Notes under the pieces: generated by a model
The model's input: the letters and a program-made list of their open reading frames with translations, nothing else
Told to the model about the DNA's origin: nothing
Database searches by the model: none
Shown here: one piece after another, positions 13,501 to 24,700 of the stretch
Numbering within the stretch: the first letter of the stretch is position 1
Layout: every line of letters begins with the position of its first letter
Program-made: the position numbers and the translations under genes
Source of the DNA: Botryllus schlosseri
Taxonomy: Eukaryota
Length of the DNA: 64,000 nt
Direction: 5' to 3'
NCBI GenBank assembly: GCA_051294905.1
Contig: CM119372.1
Coordinates: 6,574,001-6,638,000 of the forward strand

Positions 13501-14762
13501 TCATCACGACCACTTCCTATCTCTTTATTTTATCGTAATTTTATGGTGTTTTGAACTGATGAAATTATTAGTAAACTAAACTGAAATGAACTGAAGCGAA
13601 CGCTTCCTTATCGCTGCGTTGTTACTGATTCGACTGATATATGACGTTTCTAATAAATTAAGATTCCCACGCGCTTTCACTTCCATTTTCCTCGGCGGCA
13701 TCCTCAAAATCGTGCGCGTTCGATCAAAACTGAGATTAGGCTTATTTTAGTCGGGCGTTTATGGTATTTTACACCGGTATGACAACAAAATCCGTCGGCG
13801 CTGATCGCGTGAACAATTGCCAAGAAAGAATATCGCGAAACGTATTGACATTTTTAGCATTTCGTCCCTACAAAACGTCATGAGTCAAACATAAATCGAC
13901 TCACACGACAGCGAAGACGGGTTCATGTCACTTTTAATTCCGAAAGTAAATTATGACTGGGAAATTTCTCGCGAGGTGGCATAATACCCAAAATAAGATC
14001 CAGCAGCGCAGTCACCATTAGTACGTCTTACTTCATCTTTGATATGACGTCTCATCTCTCGCTTGGGCGTTGACTGGAAAATTGTTTCCAAAGTACAAAG
14101 CTACCGATCATTACTGAGTACGCTCGATCCCGGTTTCTCGCGTCGATGAAACAGTGAGAATAGCTCTATCGCGATTTTTAATCCCAATTATACGGTTACG
14201 TCACGCTGATATTGATTTATATTCGCTGCGTAGGCGGGAAACTAACGCATCCACAAATCCACAATGTCGATTCGCTTTCATGTCTAATTTGGGTTGCTTT
14301 TGGTTTTAGGAGATCGTTCGGAATACCGTAACAGCTTGTCGCTGCCACGGAATAACTGGCTCGTGTCAGCAAAACGTCTGCTGGCGGGCGAAGCCGCGAA
14401 TACGCAACGTCAGCACTGAACTGTTCCAGCGGTTCAACTCAGCGCTCAAGGTGCGTGTGCGAAAGTCACGCGTGCAGCCGGTCAAGTCGAGACGATCTCT
14501 CGAACTGAGCGACTTGATCTATCTGAGAAATTCTCCAAAGTTTTGTAAAGCAAATTTATCGAGAGGCTCCTACGGAACGGCCGGGCGCCGGTGTAACGGC
14601 ACTACCACCGGGCCTGGTAGTTGCAGCTATATGTGCTGTAACCGCGGATACAACACGGTGGAAGAAACGAAGGAGTCTAGTTGCAACTGCAAGTTCGAGT
14701 GGTGCTGCAACGTCAACTGCGATACGTGCCGTGAAATGCAAGTGGAAAACTACTGCAAGTGA
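1431..14762 (+). CDS. Wnt: Wnt family ligand, 5 coding exons (1431-1519, 6152-6414, 9066-9208, 11665-11805, 14310-14762), 362 aa; subfamily unresolved
   Basis: All introns are GT-AG with matching phases (2,1,0,0); the spliced length is 1089 nt = 363 codons. The product has a signal peptide ending ATWW, ECGYQFRNSRWNC, EACSRGEL-DCGC, FEWGGCSDD, LHNKAAGR, CRCHGITGSC, and a C-terminal CCNRGY..CNCKFEWCCNVNCDTC..C; 24 Cys in total. Confidence 0.96.
5986..6018. repeat. (CT)n microsatellite in Wnt intron 1
   Basis: ctctctctctctctctctctctcgctctctctct. Confidence 0.9.
6152..6414 (+). CDS. Wnt: Wnt exon 2
   Basis: ttacag| acceptor; LYCNSLRFLSQRQRELCIQHPDIMRKISEGVHLGVRECGYQFRNSRWNC; |gtaagt donor. Confidence 0.95.
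9066..9208 (+). CDS. Wnt: Wnt exon 3
   Basis: ttttcgcag| acceptor; GKERAYINAILSAAVSFTVTEACSRGELKLDCGC; |gtgagt donor. Confidence 0.95.
9355..9847. mobile_element. hAT-type MITE, family A (GACTC/GAGTC-rich), in Wnt intron 3
   Basis: Starts TAGGGTTGTAA; flanked by CTATGACA/CTATGGCA (7/8 TSD); homologous to the copies at 15334 and 17509. Confidence 0.85.
9875..10597. mobile_element. hAT (Charlie/Buster-like) MITE in Wnt intron 3
   Basis: TIRs CAGGGCTGCCCAACC / GGTTGGCCGGCCCTG; perfect 8-bp TSD CCTTATGG; GCGGGCC subterminal repeats. Confidence 0.92.
11665..11805 (+). CDS. Wnt: Wnt exon 4
   Basis: ttttacag| acceptor; RSFEWGGCSDDVTFGDGISRDFFEENIRNSRKGLEVLDLHNKAAGRR; |gtaagt donor. Not in the ORF track. 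Confidence 0.95.
11881..12857. mobile_element. hAT (Charlie/Buster-like) MITE in Wnt intron 4
   Basis: TIRs CAGTGGTTCTCAACC / GGTTGAGAACCATTG; perfect TSD GTATATGG. Confidence 0.93.
13069..13280. repeat. Imperfect ~210-bp palindrome (fold-back MITE remnant)
   Basis: atcaaagtagcttatgtc...gacataagctacattgat, with internally matching inverted arms. Confidence 0.7.
14310..14762 (+). CDS. Wnt: Wnt exon 5 (terminal)
   Basis: ggttttag| acceptor; EIVRNTVTACRCHGITGSCQQNVCW...DLIYLRNSPKFC...GTAGRRC...CCNRGY...CKFEWCCNVNCDTC...YCK-stop. Confidence 0.97.
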   Translation, partial: EIVRNTVTACRCHGITGSCQQNVCWRAKPRIRNVSTELFQRFNSALKVRVRKSRVQPVKSRRSLELSDLIYLRNSPKFCKANLSRGSYGTAGRRCNGTTTGPGSCSYMCCNRGYNTVEETKESSCNCKFEWCCNVNCDTCREMQVENYCK

Positions 14763-15079
14763 TGACGGTAGAGCACAGTGAATGACGTCAATGCAAAGAT
14801 ACGTATACTCGGTCGGGAGGCCGGAGATGGGGCGCATTGCGCGTCACGCCAAGCGTGAAGCCTGGAATATGCGAAGTCCCGCCGTTGGGCACGACAATCT
14901 TGCGAAGAACTCTATCTACAGAATCGATTCACCAGCATGCCTTTTCTATTCGCCAATATCCTTCAAATCAGTATACATGCAACAGTATTTGTTATCATAT
15001 TTATTATAGCCTTTCAATTGACATTGGAGGCTACCGTTTTCTTCCGTTTTTCAACTTCTTCAAATTATTATTTGATTTT

Positions 15080-15085
15080 AATAAA
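15080..15085 (+). terminator. Candidate polyadenylation signal of the Wnt gene
   Basis: AATAAA about 320 nt after the stop codon; ATTAAA also near 15163. Confidence 0.4.
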
Positions 15086-15333
15086 TCCAAAGATTCCGCG
15101 AAATTGCTAGTTTTACTCGGAATGTGTGAGGTAGAATATGAATATAGGTGATGTTGCTGTTTATTAAAGAAAAATTAGGTGCTTATCACCTGCTGTTCTT
15201 TTGCACCACGGCCAAAGATTGCTTACAAAGAATTGCATCGATTACTCCAAAACTCCATTATTGACCCTGATGCATATCTTTGTACGCAATGAGTATTGGT
15301 GTAATCGCACTTGCATTTCGCAAAACTGCAGTG

Positions 15334-15873
15334 CAGGGTTGAAACCAAGTCACAAGGCTCCGAGTCACAAGTCAATCTCACTTTTTATAGTTTTGACTCG
15401 TGTCGATTCGATTTGAGTCTTTTTCAGTTCACCATCGATCCAAGTCCGCGAGCGGAGGGTCGAGTCCGAGTCATGGTATATTACGACTCGTGTCCGAGTC
15501 CAAGTAATTGCGTTCACTGCTCACTTTCCAGTTAAAGTCTTGTTTAATCCACTTTTCAAAACTGTTTGGCGATATCGAACTGTTCGCATTTATAATATAC
15601 AGATTTTTCTCAATTTTACAAGTTTCTGGTCTCATTTTAAAGTGCCGCTACAGATAGATGAAATACCAAGGATGGGGTTACTTTACTATTCTTCGAAGTT
15701 ACAATGAAATGTCGGTCTTGGCCGCCGGAGTCTCGAGCCATATAACTTGTTCCGCGTCATTACACAGATTGACTCAAGTCGAGTCACTTCCATATTTTGA
15801 GATTCGATTCATCAGAAAATCACGACACATGTCGGACTCTAGTCGAGTCAAGACTCAAGTCATTACAACCCTT
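15334..15873. mobile_element. hAT-type MITE, family A copy
   Basis: CAGGGTTGAAACCAAGTCAC...GTCATTACAACCCT; collinear with the 9355 and 17509 copies; TSD not preserved. Confidence 0.85.
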
Positions 15874-17107
15874 CCCTTGGGGTATACGAAGCACGAAAGT
15901 TGGGGGTACGAGATGCAGTTGGAAATTATACGCTACTTAATGACCTACATTGTTGTGCAAATCAACATAAAAGTAGAATATTATTGGCATGATTTCTTCA
16001 ACTCAAAAATCTTCTTCGCGATTCGCGAGATTTGCATTCAAGAGAATTGTTGCTGTCAGTTTGGGTATGCCATACCCCCGAAAAAATAAATATGGCTAAT
16101 AATAAAACGAAAACAAAAGTCATAGAAATGAGTCTAGCCTTTTCGCAATTGTGAGAGAATAGTGGCTTAAGGACATTCGGATGCTTTAGCGCAGTGGTGT
16201 AAGACCTGTTGGTGCGGGATTATCACGCTGTCGCATTTCGGCGCTGGCCGTAACTTCCGCCCTAGAACATGCCAATACCTATGACGTTTCGGTGCACCTG
16301 CGGCCAAGTAAACTGCATTGCCACAGATATCGGCGGCGATAAACATTTGGACCATAAGAACACAGGACGTTTGCGAAACCTTCGATATCAATATGTAAAC
16401 TGTACAGTCGATGAAATGTCTCCCGTCCCTCAAAGCCACAGAAGTTATGTCGAAAACCCTAAGGTGAGCCACATCGGCGTTGGGGGGAGGCGGCTTGACG
16501 TGCTGTTTCGATATTGGACAGACCATACGAGAAACATTTCATTTCTGCTCAATGGGTACGAGCGTTCTATGGAACCGACCACGACCGGTCTTATAGCGGC
16601 AACTAACTGATGTTGTGGCAGGATAATATACCACTTTGCTACTCATCACATGTGTTGACGGCTGCGATTAAATATGGATTGCGTTCGTATCAAAGATTCA
16701 CTTTGTTTTAAAGATGTAATGAATTAATCACTTCCGTAGTTGAACGGATCCACATTTACGTCACGCAGACGCAGACAGATGCTCGCGATCCATTCGATTT
16801 CACGCAACCATTTCATCTCACGCATCTGTCAACCGCAATTGGATTAGTGCGGGAAAGTGCACATTGACACCACCTACCGGTGTACATTTCAAGATACGTC
16901 CTTCGATCGAATTATAGTAGCATATTATTGATCAAGGTACGCATCCTACGGCAGGGTTGTCAGAAAAAATAATAGGTCATATAAACACAGTATACTATCA
17001 CTGCCTAAGGCAATTAGATGGTTCTTTCATAAATCGCATCAACGGTTGAACCAATATTAGTTGGTTGAAGGAGTTGGAGTCGTTGGTTATGTCACCATCG
17101 TGTAGAG

Positions 17108-17480
17108 CAGTGGTTCTCAACCGCCGGTCCGCGACGACATTCCTGCCGGTCCGCCGAGTATATTACAATTTTATATCTTAAATTCAAGATGCAATGTAAA
17201 AGGCTTGTTCATTGATAAAATAAATGAAACATCAAATTTTAAACTAATTCAGTACTTCGCGAGGTAACATTAGGGCTGGAAACATGTTCGATTTGACTTA
17301 TAGTTCAAGACGTGTCATTTGACGACATGCGATCGACGTAAGTACAGAACAGGTACGAGCTGACTCATCGCTAAACAGCGCAGTTTGCGCGATCATTCGT
17401 CATCGATTCATTCATTTTGTGTCGGACCGTAGCCGGGGCACCCAAAACCGCTCAATAAGAGAGGGGCTGAGCTTGAAAAG
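17108..17480. mobile_element. Truncated hAT (Charlie-like) element
   Basis: Left end CAGTGGTTCTCAACCGCCGGTCCGCG; no right TIR found, so the end coordinate is approximate. Confidence 0.55.
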
Positions 17481-17508
17481 AGCCCGGAATTATTTTGCAA
17501 ATGAACAT

Positions 17509-17997
17509 CAGGGTTGTAACTGTAACCAAGTCACAACGTTCCAAGTCGCAAGTCAATCTCACTTTTATAGTCGAGTCATTTTCAATTCACCACCGAGTCA
17601 AGTCCGAGTCCAAGTCACTGAGTAGACTGTCGAGCCCGAGTCATAGTGTTTTGACTCGAGTCCTAGTCCAAGTCATTGTGTGGACTGTTCAGTTTCGAGT
17701 TAATGTCATGTTAAACCCAATTTTCACAACTCTACTCTGTGATATTGAATGTTTCTCATTCATAATATCCTAATTTTCCTAACTTTCAACAGTTTCTGGT
17801 ATCATTCTCAAGTACCGGTACTGATAGATGAAATAATATCAGTGTGATAACTTTACTATTCTTAGAAATTACAATGAAATGCCTGTCTTGGTAGACCCAG
17901 TCTCGAGTCATATTACTTGGTCCGAGTGATGCGCAATGACTCGAGTCGATTCGAGTCATTTTTCATTTAAAAAATGACTCAAGTCATCCCAACTCTG
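17509..17997. mobile_element. hAT-type MITE, family A copy
   Basis: CAGGGTTG...CAACTCTG with perfect 8-bp TSD ATGAACAT. Confidence 0.92.
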
Positions 17998-18689
17998 ATG
18001 AACATAAATCATAGCGTATTTCTTCGAAACTTTTTCCAACGTTCTTCAATTTCTTTTCGCGCTTTGCACGATTTAGTGTCACTAAATGTCTTGCTTATTA
18101 GGTTCCTTTATCCGAGAAATACGCATGATTTATAGAAATAGGCATTTGGGCGTCGGCCATTACCGCGTCATGACGTACCAACACATAATGATGAAGATTA
18201 GGCTAACATGGGACTACGAAAGGCGTGCCAAAAATTCGGCAGCGAGAAAACCGATTGAGTCATGAATTATGGAAAATTTTTACTATTGGCGCGATTAAGC
18301 TACTCAAACTCTTTGCATGCACTGAGTACAATGAATGTGCTCACAAGTAAAGGTGAAGACATAAGCCCAACGGTAGGGTCTGGGGGCGAAGCCCCAGAAG
18401 TTTGGCTTATCGCCATATGGAGCCCAAGTCCAACGCTTTTGGGGCTGGGCTGACGAAGTGCTTTTTCGGCAGGTATGACTTGTATAGTTGCTGTAAGGTG
18501 TTTTATTGCGTCACGCATTGCATTCGTAGTTGCCAGAGTAGACTATGCGTCCGGTGACAGATGGGCAAGGAGCAAAGCAGCACAACAAGGTGCTTGGCTC
18601 AACTCCGAAACGCGTCTTGTCTCGATATTCTCAAAGCGAAGACTATATTCGAGTTGGGCGACCCGGGTTCGATTTCCGCAATTGGATTA

Positions 18690-19182
18690 TTCTGAGCTCC
18701 TCGTCCCCAGAGTCGTTGTTCTTACGCCGACAAAGAAAAAGGCACAGAAAAGAAAAGTCCCACCAACGAAAGAAAAAAGACTATAGCAAAAAGAACCGTC
18801 GAAGAAAGAATAAAACCGAAGAAGACTGTGATACCGGGCACTATATGGCGAGGTGGGTGCCACTTCAAGAGACTCCAACTGATTGTGGTCGTTCGGCATC
18901 CCTCTATCTGTTCATTACATCGCATTGCGTCTTTTGTATATCGCATTTTACATTATGTGTGTGTGTTGGGCAGATGAAAATATGATCTGTCCATTGATTG
19001 ATTGATTGTTTGATCTGGCACTAAACCGAGGTGGATGTAATATCGAGAGTCCGCACCTGATCATTTCAACCTCCTATCTTTTCATTGCATCGTATTATGT
19101 CTTGTGTGTCGCAGTGTACATTGTATGTGTCTTGAGTGGATCAAAACATAAAAGCCTACTAATACGAGACGTTTTTAATTAC
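18690..19182. repeat. Interspersed repeat family R (other copies at 19630-19994, ~54090-54400, ~58730-58960)
   Basis: Shared core gggcact..ggcgaggtgg..tatctgttcattacatcgcattg..cagatgaa; the copy here contains two diverged ~180-bp subunits. Confidence 0.75.
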
Positions 19183-19629
19183 TTATTATTATTAATATTA
19201 ATATGGTTAAAAGTTGTAGTGGCGCTTATCTCCCTTAAGGGTCTGGTGCACCACGGTCTGAAGTTACCTACTGGTATAAGTACCCTTGCAATGTATTTCA
19301 ACCTCGTCTATATACGAATCAAATCTTAAAGGATTCTACGACATGATAGCACGAATTCAGCCACAGGGGTTAATAGCTCGGGCTGGACTAATAGGTTATA
19401 AGTCGTGAATGGGATGTCATGATTACGGCATGACTCAATGAGAAAGGACCGTTGAAAATCGTATCTTGCACAATTCAGTAGAAAATGGTCGACAGTTTCA
19501 GTGATATTACAATGGAGACATAGCGGAGTATCTGAACAATGTGAACATCCTATTTTGAACGAATGGGCGTTAAGCCTACAATGGCCGGAGCGCAGACGGA
19601 ACATGATCACCTCAAATTGCCACAGAGGA
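19183..19629 (-). mobile_element. 5'-truncated non-LTR retrotransposon (LINE) 3' end: ORF2 C-terminal Cys/His domain, 3'UTR and (TAA)n tail
   Basis: Minus strand reads FEVIMFRLRSGHCRLNAH..CLHCNITETVDHFLLNCARYDFQR..stop at 19326. The RLRxGH..CxxC..ETVxHxLxxC pattern is typical of I/R1-group ORF2 C-termini. A (TAA)n tail lies at 19183-19200. Confidence 0.88.
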
Positions 19630-20125
19630 ATACCGGGCACTATATGGCGAGGTGGGTGCCACTTCAAGAGACTCCAACTGATTGTGGTCGTTCGGCATCC
19701 CTCTATCTGTTCATTACATCGCATTGCGTCTTTTGTATATCGCATTTTACATTATGTGTGTGTCTTGGGCAGATGAAAATATGATCTGTCCCATTGATTG
19801 ATTGATTGTTTGATCTGGCACTAAACCGAGGTGGATGTAATATCGAGAGTCCGCACCTGATCATTTCAACCTCCTATCTTTTCATTACATCGTATTATGT
19901 CTTGTGTGTCGCAGTGTACATTGTATGTGTCTTGAGTGGATCAAAACATAAAAGCCTACGAATACGATTGAATCAACGAGACGTTTTTAATTACAATTTC
20001 CATATTCTCCACAATAACCCTCCTCACGGGTACATCAATTAGGCTTAGCACATGACCGAAGGTTACTGGGAAGATAGACATTTTAAAAAATATTTTGACC
20101 TTTCATTATATACATTACCTTACAA

Positions 20126-21352
20126 CAGGGGTCACCAACACGCGGCCCGCAAAGTCATATTTTGCGGCCCGCGACCTGATTTGAAATTTAGGAAGAACGC
20201 TCAGTAAAGCATTTTGAAATGCTGAAATTTATTTTAGTATAGACATATTGTTGTTGTTGTTGTTCAAAGTGAAAGCTATTCTCCTGTACCCAATGTCACT
20301 CTTCCTCACTAGCTGTTACGGCTTCGGCGATTGTAATATCATTCCACAGAGGAATAATTTGATGATATGAATGGGCATATTGCCTTGACTTGCAATGGCC
20401 CACCACTGCCCAGACCGGGACGCTTAGAAAACGACGTCGGGCTCCCCAAAAGACCAAGCTTTACGGGGAGATAGTTTTCCAGCAAGTACAGTGTCTAGCT
20501 AACCACAATATCGATTCTTTAGTCCAGCGGTGGCGAGTCTGCAGCAGTAGAACAAAAATGATGCGGCCGTCGACACTTATTTTGAATAGGATGTGTTGGC
20601 GGCCGTCAATAAGCAAATTGAATTTACGAATTGACTCCCTAATTATTATGAGGCTTGCATTATTCTTGAAATTTTCTTCGCTGTACGCACGGTTCAGCGC
20701 GAGTTGATTTTCGATATTTATATAGTAGTGTCCTTTGTAATCTGATCCCCACAGTACAGATGTGAACTGCAGAGGAAAATTATGCGCTCGATAAATAAAT
20801 ACCATTTTGTAATCGTGTTCTCCTAACCACGAAGAAAATTTGTTTCTGGTAGGCCTATGTTTGGGCGAATCCAATATCTTCCCACTATACTGAAAATGCT
20901 GAGATGTCGAGAAATAACAACATGCAACAAAAGGGACTAATAACAATTTGCCCACCCAAAGATGCAGCACAGCATTGATAACTTCCCTAAATTTTCGTGG
21001 ATACCCCCTGCATCAACTCTACCGATGAATTTGATCACATGGACTGAGAAACGATAAATATTTCATGGTAATGTGTGGAAATTTACTAATATTAATGACA
21101 AAATTCACTCGAGAAAATGAAAAAATTTTCGCGCCTTGCGCGACTGGAATACGAATCCATGTGCTTATTCCTTACATGACTAATCACGATTTGTCCGTTG
21201 CCCATATTAGCGTTGTACTGGCGTAGAGTTATCAAGACATGGCTGTTAAACAACGTTGCCTATTTTAATCTCGATATATAAGTCATGCGGCCCGCGGCCT
21301 CGACGAATTTTAAAAAAGTGGCCCGCGTCCCGTTTTGAGTTGGTGACCCCTG
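20126..21352. mobile_element. Non-autonomous hAT (Charlie/Buster-like) element, 1227 bp
   Basis: TIRs CAGGGGTCACCAAC / GTTGGTGACCCCTG; perfect TSD CCTTACAA; second, truncated copy at 33084. Confidence 0.93.
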
Positions 21353-21362
21353 CCTTACAACG

Positions 21363-21735
21363 TAGGGTTGCCATATTTTGAGATCCGGGTTTTAGGACAC
21401 GCAATATTTTATTAGAACTACTGTTTTGCTGCCGAAGAAAAAGGGTCATTTTTCCAACTCGACTCCTGCAAGACCTGCTCTAACGTAATTTAGGTTGTGG
21501 TTTACCATTATTTCACTCATCCTTGCCGTTACTGCCGTCGAAATCAAGATTTCGCGACATTTATCGCGCTATTAATTTTGCCTACACAAGGGTACAATCA
21601 CCTGGCTGTCAATGCTATGAAGGAGGACGAATTGTAAAAAAATGACGACATGTGTGCATCATCGGAGGACATTCTCGATTTCTTGAAAAAGGACGACAAA
21701 TCCTTTAAAAGGAGGAAGTATGGTAGGTAACCCTA
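21363..21735. mobile_element. hAT (Blackjack-like) MITE
   Basis: TAGGGTTGCCATA...GGTAACCCTA; TSD TTACAACG/TTACTACG (7/8). Confidence 0.8.
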
Positions 21736-24700
21736 TTACTACGACGTCAAGTGTATATTACTGCAAAATTCGCAGAAGTGCATTTGCAAAATTCTGCCGT
21801 GTACCGTGCCTGTAGGGTAGGCCAAGGTGAAATCTCGTGAATCACCAAGGTTGTTTTGGCTCCTTTCTTCAAATGATATTAAGGATAATACAAATTATGA
21901 TGAAACGTGCACTGTGCAGTGTTCTGTGCATCTAATCACCATGTCAATTTACGATTCGTCTCATTTACATTCCAACTAATCGCCAGGTGGTACTGGAGAT
22001 TCTTCACAGTTGGTATTCTTTGCTATCGATTATGGTCTCGTTGGGGCACATGACATATTCTCGACAACAATTAATAAATGATTGTATATACATTGCACAT
22101 TTGCACAATAGTGTAAGCCCAAGCCCGCCATAATATTTTATCGCGTCATCGACGGTTCATACCATATGCAAGAGATTTACATCTTATCTTCTGAACTGGT
22201 AAGAGGAAAATATACTAATGAATGACTTATTGCGTTGTATTTTAGATGTTTCTAACAGCGTACCTTGTCAGTCAGAACTCGGCGTGTTCATCATTTACTC
22301 CGCATTTCATGCCCGGAATCTGTCTGAATACGGCACAATCTTCAATGCATCGGGTACAATAGGATATACAACCGATCGCGATCATATGTAATAGTGAACA
22401 CGATTATTCACAATTGTCTTTACGTGTAGTGTCCAAGGTTTGGGCAGGTCGGTTGAACAAGATAAGGCTATTCAGTACGTGACACCAGCAATACGGAATG
22501 TTCCTTGACATGGAAATTATAAAATACGAGCGTTAACAATGCAATCAATATCTCCTCGTATGAGTTACTATTTAGCATCAGTCAACAATGGTTACTCCCG
22601 GAATGTAAACGTTACCACCGCGATCGGCAATGGATTTGCTATTGTTAGACGCTGATTCCGATTTTTCGGCGCTATTTGATCACTTTATTACATTGACATC
22701 GCGAAAAAATATCAGATTTATTACTCTCTGTTTAATTACCGTAATCCTAGAGAAAGTCACTAGGTCTCGATCTTCTGTGGTAGTCTATAGCTCAGTGTAT
22801 CCAACGGGTTTGTGAGGAGAATATGACATAGATATTTCAATTCATTGAATCATGCCGCACACTTTGTTCCATATCTGGTTACTGGACGACGGTGTGATAT
22901 GTACAACGCCGCACATAAAGACAATAACGGTCAGTCCCTAATTGCATTTTTAATTTGATAAGGCTATTGATTGTCCGCTGGACTGCTCAACCAACAGGCT
23001 TCAGATCAGTGGTTCCCAAACTTTGGTACACAAGACTCTATGCTATGGTGCGCGAGTAGCTTCAGTGAATTATGCAAGTTAATAAACCAAGATTTGTATT
23101 TCGATTGTCGAAGTTTCATATCTTAATATCATTCCCCTATTGGAAGCTAGGCGCCACCAGTTGCTATAAGACTCCTCCAGTGACATGGCTAAGATGTTAC
23201 AGCTTTCTCCTAGGGGCATTTCTGAATGTGCTGAGCATCTGCTATCCCATACTGGCATACTTCTCCATCGAGCCCAACATTGCCGTCGTCACGCACCGCA
23301 ATCCGATCATCACTGACATCGGTGTTTTATCGGAACACGAATATAGAGAAAGCTGGAAAGGTGGCATTTTACGGTTTCCGAGTTTCAAACCCCAGTTTTA
23401 GTCCGATAAGACGTATGTGGTACGTAAACGATGTACAAAAAATTAAAACGGTACGAGAGTATAAAATGTTTGCGAATCACTGCTCTGTAGGTCATGGATA
23501 GTAATATATTCCTCTGCAGGGGATTTGGAGAGAACGAAATTGATATGGCAATTGGCAAACACTGTACACAGTGTACTGTACACTGAGTATAGAGTTCCCA
23601 ACAATGCATTTTTCACTGATCGAATAGCCAGTCTTGGAGCGCACAATCGGCGTCCAAATTCCTTGACCGAACAGGTGATTTTCAAAGAGGGATCCATTAC
23701 TATCAACTTAGCGCCTGCTAAACTGAGAAACAGCTTTGTATAAGAATGTGAGTTGCTGCTCCATTACGATTTATAAATAAAGCAAATCTTTCCAATATAA
23801 GCATTGGCGGCGTCGGCGAAAATGGGTCACTGAGTAAATATGCATTTACACAGGAGTCATCAGCTTGCGGCCCGTATATGTAAGCGTCAAATTCGTTTTG
23901 CACGGCCCGAGAGACCGGTATCACGTTATATCAAAAACGTGTATCTATCAACGTCTGAGTTCAACTTCAATTTTCAATCCTATACCGAAATCACGTTTAG
24001 CAATTTACCACTTGAGCGTCCAGAAACACATCACGTAAAATTCCTTGCTGCATAAGGTTTCCGCACAATATTATTGACGTAATATCACCGATGATCATCG
24101 GGGGGGTGACGAGCATCAATCTTCATTCGTTATCGTAGATTCGTAGCTATTGCTGAGTAACAATGATTCATTATGATATAGGTCGTCGTGGCTTTCCAAA
24201 TCTGCTTTCCGCTCACTTTTTGACACCGGTCGAAGGAAACAGGAACTGACGGCTATTTAGCATAACCACTAAACAATCTCAGTGGATCAAGTCAAGCCTC
24301 GGTTTTCATCTTCATAAAATGCTCGCGCTCACCACTCAATGTTGTTAATAGAATACTCTTAACTGTCTCTTCTCGGTCACTATGTTATCACAGCCTACGA
24401 TGGACGAAAGTTGAAAAATGCAAGCGTATGACTTTGCAGTATAGGATTAATGGGTCACGATAGCGCATAATAATAGCGGGCATATAGGTCATTTAGGCAA
24501 GCATTAAAATTATTTCACTTTTGGACGTGAATGTTTGTGAACATTGCCTGAACTGTATTTCATGGTTGACGAATAAGAGAATTCTCTCTCTCTCATAGGC
24601 CTACAGCAGGAATAGCCCCCCTCCTCCTCCCCCCACGACCGACGACAACCGACAATCTGTTATGTGTGTGATGCTAGACAGTATGTTGAGTTGACAGTAT

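Noticed and set aside
16269..16610. 113-aa ATG ORF downstream of Wnt
   Set aside because: No recognisable domain and no splice-consistent partners found.
7341..16700. TCF/LEF-like ATCAAAG sites around the Wnt gene (autoregulation)
   Set aside because: A few 7-mers are expected by chance in AT-rich DNA.
9355..17997. Spaced GACTCGAGTC/CAAGTC motifs superficially like a CRISPR or satellite array
   Set aside because: Irregularly spaced subterminal repeats of family A hAT MITEs in a eukaryotic genome; no cas genes.
18590..18680. B-box-like GGGTTCGATTTCC suggesting a tRNA or SINE head for family R
   Set aside because: No cloverleaf, poor A-box, and the motif is not evident in the other family R copies.
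19326..19745. 139-aa ORF as an intact gene
   Set aside because: Chimera of family R repeat sequence and a truncated LINE ORF2 tail.
23072..24055. Dense overlapping ORFs on both strands
   Set aside because: No identifiable protein and no TIR or TSD; left unassigned.
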